In this document: piece by piece, positions 33,943 to 36,933 of the stretch
Position numbering within the stretch: position 1 is the stretch's first letter
How the letters are laid out: each line of letters starts with the position of its first letter
Assembly: GCF_004010195.1 (NCBI RefSeq)
Contig: NC_057757.1
Location: 4,913,346-4,950,278 of the forward strand
Reading direction: 5' to 3'
Length of the DNA stretch: 36,933 bases
Origin: Chiloscyllium plagiosum
Lineage: Eukaryota
The notes under the pieces: model-generated
Databases searched by the model: none
Told to the model about the DNA's origin: nothing
The model's input: the letters and a program-made list of their open reading frames with translations, nothing else
Program-made: the position numbers and the translations under genes

Positions 33943-34330
33943 GTGGCTCACTGGTTAGCATTTTCTACTTGTGTCAAAAGTTTGTGGATTCATGGACTTG
34001 AATGTAAAAATGTAGGCTGCCAGTTCTGTGCAGTACTCTGTGCTGCACTGTTAGGTGCTGTCTTCGTCAAGATGTTAAAACTGTCTACTCCATCTTGAAA
34101 CGAAGATCCCATAAGACCATAGGAGCAGAAATTAGGCCATTCGACCCATCGAGACTGCTATTTTAAAGATGATTGTGTAAGTACTCCCTAATGTCCTGGC
34201 CAACATTTAACCCTTTAACAACATGACAAAAAACAATTACTGGCCACAGTTATGTTGGCAGCCATGTTTCCAATAGGGGCTGCTACTCAAGTAATTCATC
34301 ACTTAAGAGTGTCCTGAGGTTGTTACGTCT
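33943..34330 (+). mobile_element. Decayed DeuSINE/SacSINE1-like SINE with a short CR1 tail inserted at ~34110-34160
   Basis: tRNA-like head gtggctcactggttagca; gtgcagtact..gtgctgcactgt..ggtgctgtctt and tgtcctggccaacattta resemble the recalled Deu domain. Confidence 0.5.
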
Positions 34331-34441
34331 ACTCTTGAAATGCAAACACCATTTGTGTAGGCACAGCATTTTGCATATTCATATATTTTAACCTCCACTA
34401 TTGCACTGTTCTGCATGACTGATTTTCACATTCCCTTAAAG

Positions 34442-34603
34442 GTTTGATTCACGTCTGGGATACTGTCCTGACAGAAACGAGAAAGGACACGGAGTTGATA
34501 CCCATAGCTTTCTGATGCCCTAGTCTCTATGGCTGCCAGCGCTCGACTTCGAGTCAGACGCTGTCCCCACCAATATCTGAACTAAAGCATTAACTTCAGA
34601 CAC
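34442..34603 (+). other. Probable second 5' UTR exon (162 nt) with upstream ORFs
   Basis: Branch-like gactgat, acceptor ttttcacattcccttaaag, donor CAC|GTAAGT; stops in all three frames; locally CpG-rich. Confidence 0.55.
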
Positions 34604-35987
34604 GTAAGTAGAAGCAATAGAGCCATTTGCTGAGTTCCACGCTGTCAAATCTGGCAAAGGAATAAGTCTTTATTTGCAGTGCTCTGATCATTCCACTGCC
34701 TGTAAACCACTATCTTGCATTTCCAATTTATTAAGCCAGTTCTACAAGTTTAAAGATTGCCCCTGTGTGGCGTGAGAACCTTGAAGCCCACCATCTCCCA
34801 TTCTGTAATGTACCAGTCTGCCATTGAGCTGTGTGTTGCAGGAAGATCCCACGGTAATATGTATGAGTTGGAGTAAGGAATGGTGCTCTGAATCTGTCGT
34901 CTATGTTTGAGTAGAAAGTTGTCACCTGAAGAATGACTTGTTCTAACTACAAGTGCATGATTGGGCACCCATTACTCCTGGCGGATTCACAGACATAATT
35001 TCCATAGTCTTTTTTGTTGATTAAAATGGTCCTTATTTCCAAAGTCATTGCTTTCTCTCTGTTCCATCTAAGCATGATGTAAGTATATTACTTTGGTTAA
35101 AGATGCAGCCTAAGTACCCTGTGACTAAGCAAATGTACAGTGCGCATGACTGAATTTTGAGTTGGCTCGAGATGGGTTAGGAGTTGTGTGAGGGGATGGC
35201 AACTTGCCTACCACTCCACTCCAATCCTATTTCATGTGTCTATCCGGCACCTGTCTTTGTTGCTAGACACTTGTCTTCAGTCAAACAGCATATATTGTCC
35301 GTCCTAATTGCCCAGAGGGTAGTTTAAATGCCAACTACATTGCTGTGGTTCTGGAGTCACATATAGACCAGACCAGGTAAACTTGGCAGTTTCTTTCCCT
35401 AAAGGAAATTAGTGAATCAGATAGGTTTTTCCACTAAACAACAATGGATTCGTGGTCGTCATTAGACTGTTAGTTCCAGATTATCTTTTGATTTTTTTTC
35501 TTCTCTGCATTCTTTTCATTCAAGTAGACATTGATTTGGAGCAGGAGCCAGTACAGTTAGAAAAAAGATGAAATGATGGTAGCGAATGAGAAGACAGCAA
35601 CTAACTTCAGCATTGCTAGGGCAGGGAAAGCTGAGAATAAATTGCACTTTCTCATTGCAAAATAAATACACTTTTAACTATGAAGTAACTTCATAAATCT
35701 AATCTTGTGCCTTCAGAAACTTTATGGTTGACCCTCATTTAGAGCGTATCCTAGGCTTATAAAAGTATGAAATGCTGGGAGTTGAGAAACCTCACTTATT
35801 CAACAGATTAGATGGTTACCGAGCTGCGACTCTTGGCTCATTTGGTTTTTAAATTGTTTGGCCTTCCAATTTAAAACACATTATTACTCTTTTATGCAGC
35901 CACATTTGGTATTTTGATTGTTAAAGGATTCGTAATTGAGTTAATTTCTGTTTCAAAACCAAGCTAATTCAAGACTGGTTAAAATGA

Positions 35988-36362
35988 AAGATAATACAAG
36001 ATAATACATGGCTTGGAAAGGGTGGACGCTAGGAAATTGTTTCTGTTAGGCGAGGAGACTAGGACCTGTGGACACAGCCTTAGAATTAGAGGAGGTAAAT
36101 TCAGAACAGAAATACGGAGAGATTTCTTCAGCCAGAGAGTGGTGGGCCTGTGGAATTCATTGCCGCAGAGTACAGTGGAGGCCGGGACGCTAAATGTCTT
36201 CAAGGCAGAGATTGATAAATTCTTGATGTCACAAGGAATTAAGGGCTACAGGGAGAATGCGGGTAAGTGGAGTTGAAATGCCCATCAGCCATGATTGAAT
36301 GGCGGAGTGGACTCGATGGGCCGAATGGCCTTACTTTCACTCCTATGTCTTATGGCCTTATG
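35988..36362 (+). mobile_element. CR1 LINE 3' fragment
   Basis: ORF 36013-36276 TRTCGHSLRIRGGKF..FFSQRVVGLWNSLP; (tcttatgg)-type tail. Confidence 0.9.
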
Positions 36363-36756
36363 GAAAGGTTGCAGGCATTGGAAAATGTTGTTAAAACCAG
36401 AGCAAGCCAGTTTGGGGCTGTGACAACTTAGTTTTTTTTCATGCTGATCTGTTTCCATGATAGTATAGAGGGAGGCTGTTTGGCCCACATCTGTTTTGGC
36501 TCTCTGCAAGAGCTACTCAACTAATTTCATTGCTCTCTCCTTTACCATGTTGCCATGTTATTTTGTTTTCTCTTTATTTAATTGGCCTTGTCTCTGAAAG
36601 CCCTCCATTCTCAGGTAATATTTTCCACTGTCTTATCCCTGCTCCATTTGACAGGGTAACGGGAATGCCAATGAGGTATGGATTGAGGGAGGTTTTTTTT
36701 TTAGTAAAGCCAGGGGAGAAGCTTGGTAATGTTGATGGCCTCATTAATGCAGGGGG

Positions 36757-36933
36757 ATAGAACATAGAACATAGAAGAATACAGCGCAGTACAGGCCCTT
36801 CGGCCCTCGATGTTGCGCCGATCCAAGCCCACCTAACCTACACTAGCCCACTATCCTCCATATGCCTATCCAAAGCCCGCTTAAATGCCCATAATGAGGG
36901 AGAGTCCACCACTGCTACTGGCAGAGCATTCCA
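36757..36933 (-). mobile_element. CR1 LINE 3' end (runs off the window)
   Basis: (catagaa)n tail, ggcccttcggccc hairpin and ORF2 C-terminal codons. Confidence 0.85.

Overview
Eukaryotic, repeat-dominated window with three N-gaps, from a cartilaginous fish (the HE1/V-SINE, CR1, L1 and Penelope-type repeats are typical of sharks). Gene content, all on the + strand: (1) the last coding exon and 3' UTR of a BAP18/C17orf49-like gene (798-1122); (2) a decayed ALOX12-like lipoxygenase relic, of which only the last two exons are visible (15101-15255 frameshifted, 17687-17863); (3) a CpG-island promoter with GC boxes, GTCACGTGAC and YY1 motifs, followed by two apparently non-coding 5' exons of an unidentified gene (~29940-30022, 34442-34603). 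The rest is nested mobile DNA: a full-length L1 with TSD and 5' YY1 site inside a CR1, a second L1, several CR1s, SINEs, an RTE fragment, a probable solo LTR and minisatellites. Most notable: short palindromic Penelope-type insertions with TSDs carrying minimal hammerhead ribozymes (one with an intact core at 19818-19857); three copies of an extended CTCF-like module (TGCAGT-N12-core-ATTGTATCACTTT), two of them convergent; a tRNA-Pro(TGG) pseudogene with an insertion at the canonical intron position; and a candidate 24-nt in-frame microexon. Gene and family names rest on recalled similarity, not database searches, and repeat boundaries are approximate unless a TSD is given.
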